Below are positions 16,885 to 25,065 of a DNA stretch of 64,000 nucleotides, in pieces. Both the position numbers and the translations under genes were made by a program. The stretch spans positions 1,216,001 to 1,280,000 of the forward strand of contig CAVVXN010000005.1 of the NCBI GenBank assembly GCA_963752285.1. The letters are read 5' to 3'. Numbering within the stretch: position 1 is the stretch's first letter; the number at the start of each line of letters is the position of its first letter. Source of the DNA: an uncultured Planctomycetota bacterium (GTDB lineage: Bacteria; Planctomycetota; PLA2; JAEUHO01). The notes under the pieces were generated by a model, which ran no database searches, had not been told where the DNA came from, and saw nothing but the letters and a program-made list of their open reading frames with translations.

Positions 16885-19776
16885 ATGCACAGGGACGTGC
16901 GTAGCTCGCTCGGTTCCGCGCTCGTGGTCGCGACGCTCGCCTTCACCGCCTGTCACGGTCGCCGACAGATCGCGGTGTCGCCTGCGGCGCCGATGGCCGC
17001 CCAGCCCGCGGCGACGCCGTCTTCGGGCGGTCCGACGCCCGGAGAGCTCGCCGCGAAGGCCGGCGACGTCGTGATCGTCTCGCGCCGTCCGGTCCCGACC
17101 GCCGCCGAGCCCGGCGCGGCCGCGCCGCCCGCGAGCCCGATGCCCGCGCCCGCCGCGGCCCCGTCGGGCGAGCCCGCGGCGCCGGCCGGAGAGGCGGGCC
17201 CGGAGGCGGGACCCGGCGCCCTGCTCGGCGACGTCCGACTCCGCTCCGCCGTCGAGCGCGACAAGGTGCAGTTCGTCGTCCAGCAGAAGCTGCAGTCCGC
17301 CAAGGACGAGGAGCTCAACGGCAACTACGCCGCCGCCGAGCGTCTGCTCCTCGACGCCCAGGAGCTCGACCCGACGAACACCGACGTGCGCACCGAGCTC
17401 CGACTCGTGCAGGCGTACCTCGGCCGCCGCTCCGCCACCGCGGGCGACTTCCTCGAGACCGTGCGCCAGGTGCAGAAGGTGCGGATCGACGAGCAGCGCA
17501 CCACCGCGAGCAAGCTGGTCAACCTCGCGCGTCAGAACCTCCAGGGTCGGCGGTACGACGACGCGATCGACAACTTCGAGCAGGCGCTCTTCATCATCAC
17601 CTCTTCGCCGTACGACGTGGACTGGGGCGGCCTCAAGGAGCAGGCCGAGCAGGGGCTCCGCAACGCGAAGCAGATGAAGCAGGAGGCCCAGCGCGCCGAG
17701 CACCGCGCGTCGGTCGAGAGCTCCCTCGAGAACATGGCCCAGGCCGAGGAGCAGCGCCTGCTCGCCGAGCAGCAGCAGCTCGAGCGTCTCATGGGCTCCG
17801 CGATCGAGGCCTTCGACCGCGACGACTTCGAGCACGCCGAGTTCTACGCCGGCAAGGTGCTCGACGTGCAGCCCGACAACACGAAGGCCCGCGACCTCCA
17901 GCTCGCCGCGCGCCGCGCCCACCACGACCAGGTCGAGGGCGACTACCTCATCGAGGAGAAGCGCCACTTCCGCGAGTGGATGGACGACATCGAGGCCACG
18001 CGCATCCCGCAGGACAAGATCCTCAAGTGGCCCAGCCAGTCGTTCTGGGACCACATCTCCGAGGTCCGGCGCGCCACGCGTGCCAGCTTCGGCGCGGTCG
18101 AGGTGGACCCCGAGGCCGACGCACTCCGCGCGAAGCTCCGCACGACGACCGTGAACCTCCAGGTCCAGGACCAGCCCTTCGAGGACGTGGTGAAGCTCCT
18201 CTCGATCCAGACGGGCATCAACCTCACGATCGACGCGCGGATCAAGAGCGACATCGGGCAGAACCCCGTCGCGAGCCTCCAGGCCGAGGACCTCCCGCTC
18301 TCGACCGTGCTCGACCTCCTCAAGCAGTCCGCCGGCGAGGACGCCGTGTGGACCGTCAAGGGAAACGTCGTCCTCTTCACGAACAAGACCCTCTTGAAGC
18401 CGCCCCTCACCGTGCAGCTGCACGACGCGGCGGACCTCACCACGGGCCTGCCCGACTTCATCCCGCCCAACATCCAGATCGTGAACCCCGACATGGTGTC
18501 CGACGAGGAGCACCCCCTCTTCGGCGCCGAGGGCGAGGAGCCGCGGCTCCCCTACGGCACGATCGACGAGCTCATCGAGCTCATCAAGGGCGCGGTCGAG
18601 CCCAAGTTCTGGGACGAGACCGAGGGCGCGGAGATCCGGGCCCAGGGCGAGCACACGCTGGTCGTGAAGGCGACCGACCCGATCCAGGAGAAGGTCGAGA
18701 GCTTCCTGAACGACCTGAGGGCGTTCGCCGGGATCGTCGTGACGATCGAGACCCGGTTCCTCGAGGTCGGCGACTACTTCCTCCGCGACGTCGGCGTCGA
18801 CTGGCGCGGGCTCGGCGGCCAGACGCCCGGTCCGCTCGTCAACCTCGACGACGTGACGAACGGGCTCGTGAACGGCGCGTCGGCCGGCTACGACAACGGC
18901 GGCGGCGGCCTCACCACGGGCGCCGCGCTGAACCCGTCTTCGGGCGTGTACTTCAGCGACGGCCACGAAGGTGACATCCGGGCCCGGACGGAGAACATCT
19001 TCAACAACAGCCTCGGGACGGTGCTCTCGTCCCTCGGCGGCGCGAGCTTCACGTTCTCGTACCTCGACGACACCGACATCTCGATGATCTTGAGGGCCAC
19101 GCAGAAGTCCGCCCTCGCGAAGTCGCTGACCGCCCCGAAGATCACCGTCTTCAACACGCAGCGCGCGAACCTGACGGTGGTGAACCAGCTCTCCTACATC
19201 CAGGACTTCGACGTCGAGGTCGCGCAGACCTCCTTCATCGCGGACCCGATCGTCGGCATCATCCAGGACGGCCTTACGCTCGACGTCCGGCCGACCGTCT
19301 CGAACGACCGGCGGTACATCACGCTCGAGCTCCAGCCCACCGTCGCGAAGCTCTCCCAGCCCATCCCGACGTTCGCCACCACCCTGGCGTCGTCGTTCAC
19401 CCCCGTCATCATCCAGCTGCCCGAGCTGAGGCTCCAGCAGGCCCGCGTGACCGTGCGGATCCCGGACCGCGGCTCGATCCTGATCGGCGGCCTCAAGAAC
19501 ATCACCACGGTGGACCGCCAGTCCTCGACGCCCTGGCTCGCGAACGTACCGATCCTCTCGTTCTTCTTCAGCCGCAAGGGCCGGAGCGACGAGGTCACGC
19601 ACCTGATGATCATCGTTCGCGCCGAGATCACGGACCTGCACGAGCAGGAGCAGTCGGTCATGGGGACGACCGGCGGACCGGGCGAGCGCGTGGCGCTCCC
19701 CCCCACGCCCTTCCACATGGACGCGTTGCCGCCGAACCCCTGCGAGGTCACGACGCCTCCGCCGCCGGTGAAGTGA
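16885..19776 (+). CDS. Lipoprotein secretin, paralog 2, with TPR-like N-terminal region
   Basis: GGAG RBS; lipobox LAFTA|C; same domain order as paralog 1; IETRFLEV, GLTLDVRPTVSNDRRYITLELQP, TVRIPDRGSILIGGL, PWLANVPILSFFFS. Confidence 0.88.
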   Translation: MHRDVRSSLGSALVVATLAFTACHGRRQIAVSPAAPMAAQPAATPSSGGPTPGELAAKAGDVVIVSRRPVPTAAEPGAAAPPASPMPAPAAAPSGEPAAPAGEAGPEAGPGALLGDVRLRSAVERDKVQFVVQQKLQSAKDEELNGNYAAAERLLLDAQELDPTNTDVRTELRLVQAYLGRRSATAGDFLETVRQVQKVRIDEQRTTASKLVNLARQNLQGRRYDDAIDNFEQALFIITSSPYDVDWGGLKEQAEQGLRNAKQMKQEAQRAEHRASVESSLENMAQAEEQRLLAEQQQLERLMGSAIEAFDRDDFEHAEFYAGKVLDVQPDNTKARDLQLAARRAHHDQVEGDYLIEEKRHFREWMDDIEATRIPQDKILKWPSQSFWDHISEVRRATRASFGAVEVDPEADALRAKLRTTTVNLQVQDQPFEDVVKLLSIQTGINLTIDARIKSDIGQNPVASLQAEDLPLSTVLDLLKQSAGEDAVWTVKGNVVLFTNKTLLKPPLTVQLHDAADLTTGLPDFIPPNIQIVNPDMVSDEEHPLFGAEGEEPRLPYGTIDELIELIKGAVEPKFWDETEGAEIRAQGEHTLVVKATDPIQEKVESFLNDLRAFAGIVVTIETRFLEVGDYFLRDVGVDWRGLGGQTPGPLVNLDDVTNGLVNGASAGYDNGGGGLTTGAALNPSSGVYFSDGHEGDIRARTENIFNNSLGTVLSSLGGASFTFSYLDDTDISMILRATQKSALAKSLTAPKITVFNTQRANLTVVNQLSYIQDFDVEVAQTSFIADPIVGIIQDGLTLDVRPTVSNDRRYITLELQPTVAKLSQPIPTFATTLASSFTPVIIQLPELRLQQARVTVRIPDRGSILIGGLKNITTVDRQSSTPWLANVPILSFFFSRKGRSDEVTHLMIIVRAEITDLHEQEQSVMGTTGGPGERVALPPTPFHMDALPPNPCEVTTPPPPVK

Positions 19777-19800
19777 CCGCGGCACACCCGAGAAGCTCCT

Positions 19801-19826
19801 CGAGGCCCGGCGAAAGCCGGGCCTCG
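19801..19826. terminator. 11-bp hairpin with GAAA tetraloop after secretin 2
   Basis: cgaggcccggc-gaaa-gccgggcctcg; no U-tract. Confidence 0.55.
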
Positions 19827-19889
19827 TCGTAGACGGGCGCGTCGTCCCCCGTCGCACGGCCCGGGTCGCGGGGCTGGTACATTCGCGCC

Positions 19890-20627
19890 GTGGAGCCCGG
19901 CGGTCCCCTTCTCGACGTCGTCCTCTTCGACGTGGACGACACGCTCTACAGCACGACGGAGTTCGCGGAGAAGGCGCGCCGCTGGGCGGTGCGCGCGATG
20001 ATCGAGAAGGGGCTCGACATCGGCGAGGACGAGGCCTACCAGGAGCTCACGGAGGTCGTCCAGGAGTTCTCGAGCAACTATGAGCACCACCTGGACCGGC
20101 TGCTCGACCGGCTCGGCCCGGCGCGCCTCTCGGGCCGGAACCCCGCGATCCTCGTCGCCGCGGGGGTCGTCGCGTACCACCGCACCAAGCAGGCCGAGAT
20201 GGAGGCCCTCCCCGACGCACGGGCGCTGCTGGAGGCCCTCCGGCGGGCGGGCGTCGCCTGCGGAGTCGTCAGCGCGGGGCTCCAGGTGAAACAGGCTGAG
20301 AAGCTGATCCGGCTGCGGCTCCTTCCCCTGCTCGAGCCGCGCGCCATCTTCTTCTCGGATCAGATGGGCGTCTCGAAGCCGAACCCCAAGATCTACGCGA
20401 AGGCGTGCGCGGCGCTTGGCGTGGCGCCCGCGCGCGCGATGTACGTGGGCGACCGACCGAGCCACGACGTGGTCCCGGCCGCGCGCATCGGCATGCGGAC
20501 GGTCCTCTACCGCGGCGCGGGCGGGAAGTACGCCCGCGAGACGCCCGAGGTCCCGCCGGACCACGACGTCACCGACCTGAGGGCCCTCATCCCGGTCCTG
20601 AGGACGCGCTACGCCCTCCGGGTCTGA
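19890..20627 (+). CDS. HAD-superfamily hydrolase (subfamily IA, TIGR02253-like)
   Basis: VLFDVDDTLY, GVSKPNPKIY, MYVGDRPSHDV. Confidence 0.88.
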   Translation: MEPGGPLLDVVLFDVDDTLYSTTEFAEKARRWAVRAMIEKGLDIGEDEAYQELTEVVQEFSSNYEHHLDRLLDRLGPARLSGRNPAILVAAGVVAYHRTKQAEMEALPDARALLEALRRAGVACGVVSAGLQVKQAEKLIRLRLLPLLEPRAIFFSDQMGVSKPNPKIYAKACAALGVAPARAMYVGDRPSHDVVPAARIGMRTVLYRGAGGKYARETPEVPPDHDVTDLRALIPVLRTRYALRV

Positions 20628-20647
20628 GGCCGTGTCACGCGGCGACC

Positions 20648-21037
20648 CTACGCGAGCACGGCGATCGCGGCGATCTCGACGCGCACGTCGCGCGGGAGCT
20701 TCGACGCCTCGACCGTGACGCGCGCCGGCGCCGCCGCGGGGAAGTGCCGGGCGTACGCCTCGTTCATGCGGGCGAAGTCGCCGAGGTCCCGGAGGAAGAC
20801 GTCGCAGCGGACCACGTGGGCGAGGTCGGTTCCCGCCGCCTCGAGGACCGCGGCGAGGTTCTGGAGGACCCGGTCCGTCTCGGTCGCGACGTCGCCCCCG
20901 CCGACGCGCTCGCCCGTCTGCGGGTCGAGCGCGATCTGACCGGAGGCGAAGACGAAGCCCCCGGCGACGACGGCCTGGCTGTAGGGCCCGATGGCCTGCG
21001 GCGCCTTCGTGGACTGGACGATCCGGCGCGTGCTCAT
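20648..21037 (-). CDS. ridA: RidA/YjgF/UK114 enamine deaminase
   Basis: APQAIGPYSQAV, ASGQIALDP, PARVTVEASKLP, VEIAAIA. Confidence 0.92.
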   Translation of the reverse strand: MSTRRIVQSTKAPQAIGPYSQAVVAGGFVFASGQIALDPQTGERVGGGDVATETDRVLQNLAAVLEAAGTDLAHVVRCDVFLRDLGDFARMNEAYARHFPAAAPARVTVEASKLPRDVRVEIAAIAVLA

Positions 21038-21999
21038 GCGTTCTCCTCGGCGAGGTGACAGGCCGCGTCGTGCCCCGGGCGGTGCGGGAGGAGACGCGGC
21101 TCCTCCTCCCGGCAGCGCTTCGCCGCCAGCGGACAGCCCGGCGTGAAGGGACACGCGGGCGCGAGACCCGCCGCCGGCCTCAGCCCCGTCGGACGGGACG
21201 CGCGACGGCGGGCTTCCGCCTCGGGGTCCGGGATGGGCGCAGCGGCGAGCAACGCCCGCGTGTACGGATGCAGGGGACGCTCGTACACGTCGTCCCGCGG
21301 CCCGGACTCCACGATGCGGCCGCCGGCCATGACGGCGACCCGGTCCGAGACCCGGCGCACGACGGCCAGGTCGTGCGCGATGAAGAGGAGGGTCAGGTCG
21401 CGGCGACGGCGGAGATCGAGCAGCAGGTCGAGCGCGAGGGCCTGGACGGAGACGTCGAGGGCCGAGACCGGCTCGTCGAGGATCAGCACCTCGGGCTCGA
21501 GCACGAGGGCACGGGCGAGTCCCACGCGCTGGCGCTGCCCCCCCGAGAGCTCGTGCGGACGGCGGCGACACTCGGCGGGGTCGAGGCCGACCTCCGCGAG
21601 GGCCCGGTCCACGATCGGGGCCACCTCCGCCCGCCGCGCGAGGCCGTGCACGCGGATCGGCTCGGCCACGGCGTCGGCCACCGAGAGTCGGGGGTCGAGG
21701 CTCCCGTAGGGGTCCTGGAACACGAGCTGGAGGCGGCGGCAGAGTGCGCGCCGCGCCTTCGGCGGCAGCCCGACGACGGACCGGCCCGCGAGGCGGACGT
21801 CGCCCGAGAGCGGGCGGACGAGGCCCACGATCGTTCGCGCGAGCGTGGACTTCCCCGAGCCGGACTCGCCCACGAGCCCGAGCGCCTCGCCGCGACAGAG
21901 CGTCAGCGAGACCCCGTCCACGGCCGGGGCGGGCGCGTCGTCGCCGTAGCGGACGACGAGGTCCTCGACCTCGAGAAGGGGGTCGTCCGCGCGGTTCAC
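21034..21999 (-). CDS. oppF: Oligopeptide ABC transporter ATP-binding protein (OppF-like)
   Basis: GESGSGKST, LSGGQRQR, LDEPVSALD, HPYTRALL, C-terminal Cys cluster. Confidence 0.9.
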   Translation of the reverse strand: MNRADDPLLEVEDLVVRYGDDAPAPAVDGVSLTLCRGEALGLVGESGSGKSTLARTIVGLVRPLSGDVRLAGRSVVGLPPKARRALCRRLQLVFQDPYGSLDPRLSVADAVAEPIRVHGLARRAEVAPIVDRALAEVGLDPAECRRRPHELSGGQRQRVGLARALVLEPEVLILDEPVSALDVSVQALALDLLLDLRRRRDLTLLFIAHDLAVVRRVSDRVAVMAGGRIVESGPRDDVYERPLHPYTRALLAAAPIPDPEAEARRRASRPTGLRPAAGLAPACPFTPGCPLAAKRCREEEPRLLPHRPGHDAACHLAEENA

Positions 22000-22982
22000 G
22001 CCTCGTCCTCGACCAGGAAGCAGCGCGCGAGGCGTCCCCGACCCGCCGGGACGAGGCGCGGGGCCTCGGCGCGGCAGCGCTCGATCGCCGAGGAACAGCG
22101 CGGCCAGAAGGCGCACGTCCCCTCGGCGCCGCGATCGAGGAGGCTCCCCGGCGCGGGCGCGCGCGGGGCCTCGGGCGTCTTGCCGTCCACGCGCGGGACG
22201 CTTCGGAGCAGCGCCTGGGTGTAGGGGTGGCGGGGCGCCCCGAAGAGGGCGTGGACGCCCGCCTCCTCCACGACGCGCCCGGCGTACATCACGAGCACGC
22301 GGTCGGCGGCTCCGGCCACGACGCCCAGGTCGTGCGTCACGAGGAGCATCGCCATCCCCCGCGACTCCCGGTGCCGCCGGAGCAGGTCGAGCACCTCGGC
22401 CTGGACCGTCACGTCGAGCGCCGTCGTCGGCTCGTCCGCGAGGAGCAGGTCGGGGTCGCCGAGGAGTGCCATCGCGACGAGAACGCGTTGCCGCATCCCG
22501 CCCGAGAGCTGGTGAGGCCACCCGCGCGCGCGGCGGGCGGCGTCGGCGATCCCCACGTGCTCGAGGATCTCGACCGCGCGGCGCCGTGCCTCGCGCCGGG
22601 AGAGGCCCGCGTGGCGGGCGACCTCCTCGAGCTGCGTGCCGACCCGGAGGTACGGGTTCAGCGCCGACATCGGGTCCTGGAACACGACGGCGATGCGGCG
22701 GCCCCGGATCCGCCGGAGCACGCGCTCCGGACGGCCGACGAGGTCCTCCCCGTCGAAGACGATCCGCCCACTCGCCACGCGGCCCGCCGGACGGGGCAAG
22801 AGGCCCAGGAGGGCGAGGTTCGTGGCCGTCTTGCCGGAGCCCGACTCCCCCACCAAGCCCACGACCTCGCCGCGCGCGACCCGGAACGAGACGTGGTCCA
22901 CCGCGCGTACCTCGCCCGCGTCGGTGCGGAAGACGACGGACAGGTCTTCCACCTCGAGGAGCGTCGGCTCCGCCCGGGTCAT
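21996..22982 (-). CDS. oppD: Oligopeptide ABC transporter ATP-binding protein (OppD-like)
   Basis: GESGSGKT, LSGGMRQR, ADEPTTALDVTVQ, HPYTQALL. Confidence 0.9.
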   Translation of the reverse strand: MTRAEPTLLEVEDLSVVFRTDAGEVRAVDHVSFRVARGEVVGLVGESGSGKTATNLALLGLLPRPAGRVASGRIVFDGEDLVGRPERVLRRIRGRRIAVVFQDPMSALNPYLRVGTQLEEVARHAGLSRREARRRAVEILEHVGIADAARRARGWPHQLSGGMRQRVLVAMALLGDPDLLLADEPTTALDVTVQAEVLDLLRRHRESRGMAMLLVTHDLGVVAGAADRVLVMYAGRVVEEAGVHALFGAPRHPYTQALLRSVPRVDGKTPEAPRAPAPGSLLDRGAEGTCAFWPRCSSAIERCRAEAPRLVPAGRGRLARCFLVEDEA

Positions 22983-23884
22983 CGGTCCCCCGATCTCGGA
23001 TCGAGCACGTCTCGGAGGCCGTCGCCGAGGAAGTTCAGCGAGAGGAGCGTCACGGCGAGGAACACGCTCGGCCAGACCAGCAGCCAGGCGTACGAGCGCA
23101 CGGGGTTCACGACGTTCACCGCCTCGGACACGAGCTGGCCCCAGGAGAGCGACAGCCCCAGACCGAGGTACGAGAGGAACGACTCCAGCAGAATGACGGC
23201 CGGCACCGACAGGGTCGCGTAGACGAGGACCACGCCGAGGACGTTCGGAACCACGTGCCGGAGGAGGATCCGCGCGTCGCTCGCGCCGAGCACCCGCGCC
23301 GCCAGCACGAACTCGCGGTCCCGGAGCGAGAGGACGTGTCCCCGGACGATGCGCGCCATCGTCAGCCACTGGACGAGGCCGAGGGCCACGAACACGGGGA
23401 CCGGGTTGCCACGCGCCGTGTCCTCGAACATCAGCATCACCAGGATCGCCAGGAAGACGAACGGGATGCCGTAGAGGAAGTCCACGAAGCGCATCATGAC
23501 CTCGTCGAGGCGGCCGCCGTAGTAGCCCGCGACGGCACCGTACGCGGTGCCCACGACGACGGTCACGAACGTCGCGGCGAGACCGACGAGCAACGATGTC
23601 CGACCGCCCGCGAGCACGCGCACGAGGTACGAACGGCCGAGGTCGTCGCGTCCGAAGGGCTCGGACCAGCTCGGCGCCTCGAGGGCGAGGTCCACGTGCT
23701 GGGTCTCGGCGTCCTTGCCGACGAGGAGGTGGAGGAGCGGCGGACCGACGAACGCGAGGAGGAAGACAACGAGGAGCAGCACGGCGCCCGCGGCCGCCGC
23801 GCGGTTCGCGAACAGCCTCCGAAGCACGCGCCGGCCGGGCGGGAGGACGGCGCGGATCGGGGTCGGGTCGGCGGCGGGTCTCAC
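22979..23884 (-). CDS. oppC: Oligopeptide ABC transporter permease (OppC-like)
   Basis: PFGRDDLGR, REFVLAARVLGAS, RHVVPN, NFLGDGLRDVLDPR. Confidence 0.9.
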   Translation of the reverse strand: MRPAADPTPIRAVLPPGRRVLRRLFANRAAAAGAVLLLVVFLLAFVGPPLLHLLVGKDAETQHVDLALEAPSWSEPFGRDDLGRSYLVRVLAGGRTSLLVGLAATFVTVVVGTAYGAVAGYYGGRLDEVMMRFVDFLYGIPFVFLAILVMLMFEDTARGNPVPVFVALGLVQWLTMARIVRGHVLSLRDREFVLAARVLGASDARILLRHVVPNVLGVVLVYATLSVPAVILLESFLSYLGLGLSLSWGQLVSEAVNVVNPVRSYAWLLVWPSVFLAVTLLSLNFLGDGLRDVLDPRSGDR

Positions 23885-25065
23885 GCCCCCTCCCGCACGC
23901 GGGGGTCGAGCCACGCGTACGCGAGATCCACGACCAGGTTGAAGACCGTCAGCATGGCGAAGTACACGATCGCCGTGCCGAGCACGACGGCGTAGTCGCG
24001 CCCCGTGGCGCTCCGGACGAACCACTGTCCGAGCCCGGGGATCCCGAAGAGCTGCTCGACCACGAACGACCCCGTGAGGATCCCGGCGGCGGCCGGGCCC
24101 AGGAACGAGACCACGGGGAGGACCGCGCCGCGGATCGCGTGCCGCCACACGACCTCGCGCTCGGAGAGGCCCTTCGCGCGTGCGGTGCGGATGAAGTCCT
24201 GCTGCATCACCTCGAGCGTGCCGGCGCGCGCGAGGCGGGCGACGTACGCGGCATACGGCAGCCCCAGCGTGAGCGCGGGGAGCACGAGGTGTCGCCAGGT
24301 CCCCCATCCCGCAACGGGGAACCACCCGAGCCGGAACGAGAAGAGCAGGATCAGGCCCGCGCCGATCACGAAGTTGGGGATCGAGATCCCGATCGTGGCG
24401 AGCGCCATGCCGCCGTGGTCGCTCGCGGACCCGGGCCGGAGCCCCGCTCGGACGCCGAGCGCGAGGCCCAGGCCGACTGCGAGGAGGAGGGCGAGGAGGC
24501 CCAGGCTCGCGCTGACCGGCAGCGCGGGCAGCAGGAGGTCGAGGACCGACCGACCCTGCACCTTGATCGAGGGCCCGAGCGAGCCGGTCGTGGCCAGGCG
24601 CCCCACGTATCCCGCGAAGAAACCGAGCGGCGTGTCGGCCACGCCGAACCGGGCGCGCTCGGCGGCCTCGACGGCGCGACTCGTGCCCCGCTCCGAGTCG
24701 AAGGGGCTGCCCGGCGCGAGGTAGAGGAGGACCGAGACCACGAACACCAGCAGCACCATCAGCGGCACCGCGAATGCGACCCGCCGACTCACGCGCCGCG
24801 GGAAGAGCCACCAGGTCGCGAGGCCGGTCGCGGTCGCGACGGCGGCGCCCCACGCGTCCCCGAGCCCGAGACGTGCCGCCCCGCCGGCGAGGAGGGCGAG
24901 GTAGACCGCGGCCAGCAGGCCGGTCGCGCGGCGGGGGAGCCAGGCCGTCCCCACCACCCAGAGGACGAGCCCCGAGAGGACGGCCGCCTCCGCGAACCCC
25001 ACGCCCACGCCGACGCCGGCGAAGAGGAGGACCAGGACGAGGGCCGGCGCGACGAGCCGCCTCAT
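23881..25065 (-). CDS. oppB: Oligopeptide ABC transporter permease (OppB-like) with extra N-terminal TM segments
   Basis: LAPGSPF, QDFIRTARAKGL, GSFVVEQLFGIPGLG, VDLAYAWLDPRVR. Confidence 0.9.
   Translation of the reverse strand: MRRLVAPALVLVLLFAGVGVGVGFAEAAVLSGLVLWVVGTAWLPRRATGLLAAVYLALLAGGAARLGLGDAWGAAVATATGLATWWLFPRRVSRRVAFAVPLMVLLVFVVSVLLYLAPGSPFDSERGTSRAVEAAERARFGVADTPLGFFAGYVGRLATTGSLGPSIKVQGRSVLDLLLPALPVSASLGLLALLLAVGLGLALGVRAGLRPGSASDHGGMALATIGISIPNFVIGAGLILLFSFRLGWFPVAGWGTWRHLVLPALTLGLPYAAYVARLARAGTLEVMQQDFIRTARAKGLSEREVVWRHAIRGAVLPVVSFLGPAAAGILTGSFVVEQLFGIPGLGQWFVRSATGRDYAVVLGTAIVYFAMLTVFNLVVDLAYAWLDPRVREGA

Noticed and set aside
3057..19857. Long minus-strand ORFs 3057..6428, 6510..10289, 10399..11958, 16483..19857
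   Set aside because: Antisense mirrors of the secretin and TPR genes, which carry signal peptides, RBSs and family motifs.
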